Below are positions 62,968-64,000 of a DNA stretch of 64,000 nt, one piece after another; the stretch's first letter is position 1; each line of letters begins with the position of its first letter. Below the pieces are notes generated by a model. The model saw nothing but the letters and a program-made list of their open reading frames with translations, was not told the DNA's origin and searched no databases. The stretch is taken from NCBI GenBank assembly GCA_963845755.1, contig CAWJTV010000041.1, positions 704,001 through 768,000 on the forward strand. Direction: 5' to 3'. Source of the stretch: an uncultured Planctomycetota bacterium (GTDB lineage: Bacteria > Planctomycetota > Planctomycetia > Isosphaerales > Isosphaeraceae). The translations under genes and the position numbers were made by a program.

Positions 62968-63471
62968 TCAATCCGTTCCATAGGGCTCAGGGAGTCCGAT
63001 GCGGCTGAAGGTGTCTGCGAAATGCTTGGCAAGATGTTCCCGATACGGGCAAAGAAGCCTGGCGCGACGGTGGCCATGCTCGCAGAGGGCGACGAGAACC
63101 TCGGGCTCGACGGTGTGCAATTGCCTTAAATCCGCGATCATCTCAGGCAAGCCCGAATCGTCGCATTTCGGCAGGAAATACTAGCCGAAGACCCGCCCGC
63201 CCCGGATTGGCCCACGGATGTCGTTCTGCTTGAGCAATCCTTGGTCAACGAGGGCCTGTGCATCGAGCAAGATTGCGACGTTGATGAACACGGCCTTCTG
63301 ATTCGCCAGATCACAGGTTTGGGTGAGGACCAACACGCGGTTTATCGCGACACTGATGACTGGCGGGCGGAGCCCCGCCACATCAAATCCTCCCAGCGAT
63401 AATGTCGGGCACCTTTCGATGATATCACCCTGGTCGATCGGTTCGCCAATTCCTGGCAGCCCGTAGATCAT
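62968..63471 (-). pseudogene. hypothetical (possibly PemK/MazF-like) protein with in-frame TAG at 63181-63183
   Basis: DQGDII, VLTQTCDL, GRVFG*YFLP, PYREHLAKHFADTFSRIGLP; ORFs 63181..63471 and 62968..63150 are in frame. Confidence 0.6.
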
Positions 63472-63737
63472 GACTCATCCTCGTCCCTGGGAATCTCCGG
63501 GATGTAAGGTTGGCGAGGCGGACCATACGCGCCCACGACCTGGAATGTCGGTGCGGGTCGAGGCAAGCGGACCCACGGCTCCAACATGCTATCGGACTCG
63601 TCGATGGGCGCAGGCTGCGGTCGCTCGCCTGCCGGTAGCACCCGCAGTTCCACCCAGTGCCCCTTGACCCGACAACTATAGACCTGCCCCGGCTCGAGAT
63701 CGACCTGTTCCAGGGCTTCGGCGATCGACAGACTCAT
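63468..63737 (-). CDS. small hypothetical protein, putative antitoxin-like partner
   Basis: 89 aa, AGGAGG RBS, ATGA overlap with the downstream gene. Confidence 0.6.
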   Translation of the reverse strand: MSLSIAEALEQVDLEPGQVYSCRVKGHWVELRVLPAGERPQPAPIDESDSMLEPWVRLPRPAPTFQVVGAYGPPRQPYIPEIPRDEDES

Positions 63738-64000
63738 CCGGATCCTCCTCTGGCAGCGGTCGCGCTCGTACGAGCCGCCGGAATCGGTCGGGCTCGCAAT
63801 CTATTCTATCGGGTTCAACCGACACCGGCCAGCGGCCCCAAGGCTCCGAGAGCCGCGGGTCTGACCCTGAGCTTTTGCTCGCGACAGGAGGATCGATCGG
63901 CTCCTAGCCCGGGTACGGCGGGCCAGGGATAAGGAGGATCACCCCGACGTGCTCTGCGACCCTGGTCGGGAAGGACGAGGACTGGCATTTCTCGGCGGAG

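Noticed and set aside
63181..63183. Pyrrolysine or amber recoding
   Set aside because: TAG is used as a normal stop elsewhere (e.g. rpmE, P460 copy 1) and RF1 is present; a TGG>TAG change or read error is simpler.

Overview
GC-rich bacterial DNA, very likely a planctomycete of the Isosphaeraceae type. The evidence is the LExRxLL-like leader, 'RFSLRSLL' leader, extended ECF sigma factors, kinase-TPR proteins, Uma2 and heptamer repeats. Many genes, including sufB, purB and glpX, are split by single-base indels, which points to an unpolished long-read assembly, so most frameshifts are probably artefacts. The core-like flanks carry sufR-like/sufC/sufB, purB, rpsU, AsmA, an ECF sigma, PrsW, glpX and a hydroxyacid-oxoacid transhydrogenase on the left, and rpmE-prfA-prmC, a kinase, an ArnT-like transferase, a phosphatase and an expanded DsbD on the right. 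Between about 24.7 and 48.2 kb lies an accessory region. It begins with TolC + multicopper oxidase + a Cys/His-rich Crp regulator, then an ECF sigma-Ser/Thr kinase pair. Divergent from that pair is a stress-detoxification cluster: two cytochrome P460s, RclC/DUF417, a PEP-mutase-like protein, two Ogt, an IS5-interrupted SpoIIE phosphatase, NemA, nitroreductase, hydrolases, RidA, SnoaL, an ABATE/CGNR regulator and an RclA-like disulfide reductase. The best novel signal is an identical promoter architecture at two sites in this cluster: tandem TAACC-N19-RGTTA boxes 41 bp apart overlapping sigma70 -35/-10 elements. One of these sites is the divergent promoter region of the ABATE/CGNR regulator, which suggests its operator and regulon. 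No rRNA, tRNA or CRISPR array was recognised.
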